A stretch of 35,270 nucleotides of DNA from an uncultured Oscillospiraceae bacterium (GTDB taxonomy: Bacteria > Bacillota > Clostridia > Oscillospirales > Ruminococcaceae), in the NCBI GenBank assembly GCA_964560565.1, contig CAZLMF010000005.1, positions 1-35,270 on the forward strand, in the 5' to 3' direction. The stretch's first letter is position 1. Every line of letters starts with the position of its first letter. A model generated the notes under the pieces. That model ran no database searches. It saw nothing but the letters and a program-made list of their open reading frames with translations, and was not told where the DNA came from. Of this stretch, positions 35,016-35,270 are shown piece after piece. Both the position numbers and the translations under genes were made by a program.

Positions 35016-35270
35016 TTAGCTTTCGCTTTGAGCCGCTTCTGAGTCCTTTTTCCTGCGAATATATATAAGGCTTATGTTAAGGTTCTTTGGACGAATGGAC
35101 TTAATTTCAAATAGTCCAAGGGAATTAATAAAGGGTGTGAGCTTGAAAAAACCATAGTTTCGCACATCAAAGTCCGGAAAGCGTTTAATAAGGATATTCC
35201 CTATATCGCTTAGAGGATACCAACCCTCATCGTCGGAGGCTTCCTCAACTATTGAAAGTATCGTCTTTGT
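35016..35270 (-). CDS. 3' end of a gene encoding an OST-HTH/LOTUS domain, typical of the C-terminus of bacterial NYN-domain proteins; truncated by the window edge
   Basis: Manual minus-strand translation gives ...EEASDDEGWYPLSDIGNILIKRFPDFDVRNYGFFKLTPFINSLGLFEIKSIRPKNLNISLIYIRRKKDSEAAQSES*, with stop TAA at 35016-35018. The pattern W..LS.IG..L.K..PDFD.RNYG..KL resembles LOTUS domains. Confidence 0.55.
   Translation of the reverse strand, partial: TKTILSIVEEASDDEGWYPLSDIGNILIKRFPDFDVRNYGFFKLTPFINSLGLFEIKSIRPKNLNISLIYIRRKKDSEAAQSES

Noticed and set aside
1-35270. Search for tRNA, rRNA, CRISPR repeats, IS inverted repeats, integrases and phage or defence genes
   Set aside because: All intergenic gaps are at most about 430 nt, AT-rich, and accounted for by promoters, terminators and leaders. 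I saw no periodic direct repeats or cloverleaf-capable GC-rich segments. Every long ORF has a housekeeping, transport or signalling assignment.

Overview
This is a chromosomal, mostly housekeeping segment from a low/mid-GC Firmicute, probably Clostridia-like. Evidence: GGAGG-type ribosome binding sites, Cheo-type LexA boxes, lipoprotein boxes, and a DUF4321-mreBCD-PBP2-mgsA arrangement. I saw no rRNA, tRNA, CRISPR array, IS element or phage gene.

Gene order:
1. 146-2187 (+): a LexA-box-controlled, translationally coupled radical-SAM + DUF4130 putative DNA-repair pair.
2. 2257-10697 (-): a YtfQRT/YjfF-like sugar ABC transporter plus an FGGY kinase, preceded by an AraR-like regulator and a receiver-less YesN-type AraC regulator.
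3. 10912-14320 (-): an orphan dCache methyl-accepting chemotaxis protein and a PrsA-like parvulin lipoprotein.
4. 14491-16309 (+): an ABC-F ATPase behind a consensus promoter, a 15-codon uORF and an intrinsic terminator, which looks like a translation-sensing attenuator.
5. 16455-22899 (+): zapA-dut-DUF4321-mreB-mreC-mreD-PBP2, then mgsA.
6. 22950-26091 (+): hisS-aspS.
7. 26300-31919 (+): a tight four-gene unit of two TrkA/RCK proteins plus a BCR/HAD-type enzyme. That enzyme is a double-activase fusion with a paralogous beta subunit, and is probably the plsA/plsR anaerobic plasmalogen synthase type.
8. 32077-34962 (+): a soluble PAS-HisKA-HATPase-pseudoREC-REC-REC-GGDEF mega-protein.
9. 35016-35270 (-): the 3' end of a LOTUS/OST-HTH (NYN-family) gene.

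Several ORF-track starts were revised using RBS and promoter positions.

Most worth following up:
- the RCK + BCR/HAD operon linkage
- the SOS-boxed radical-SAM/DUF4130 module
- the ABC-F attenuator
- the all-in-one kinase-to-c-di-GMP protein
- a near-identical hairpin repeated at two gene ends
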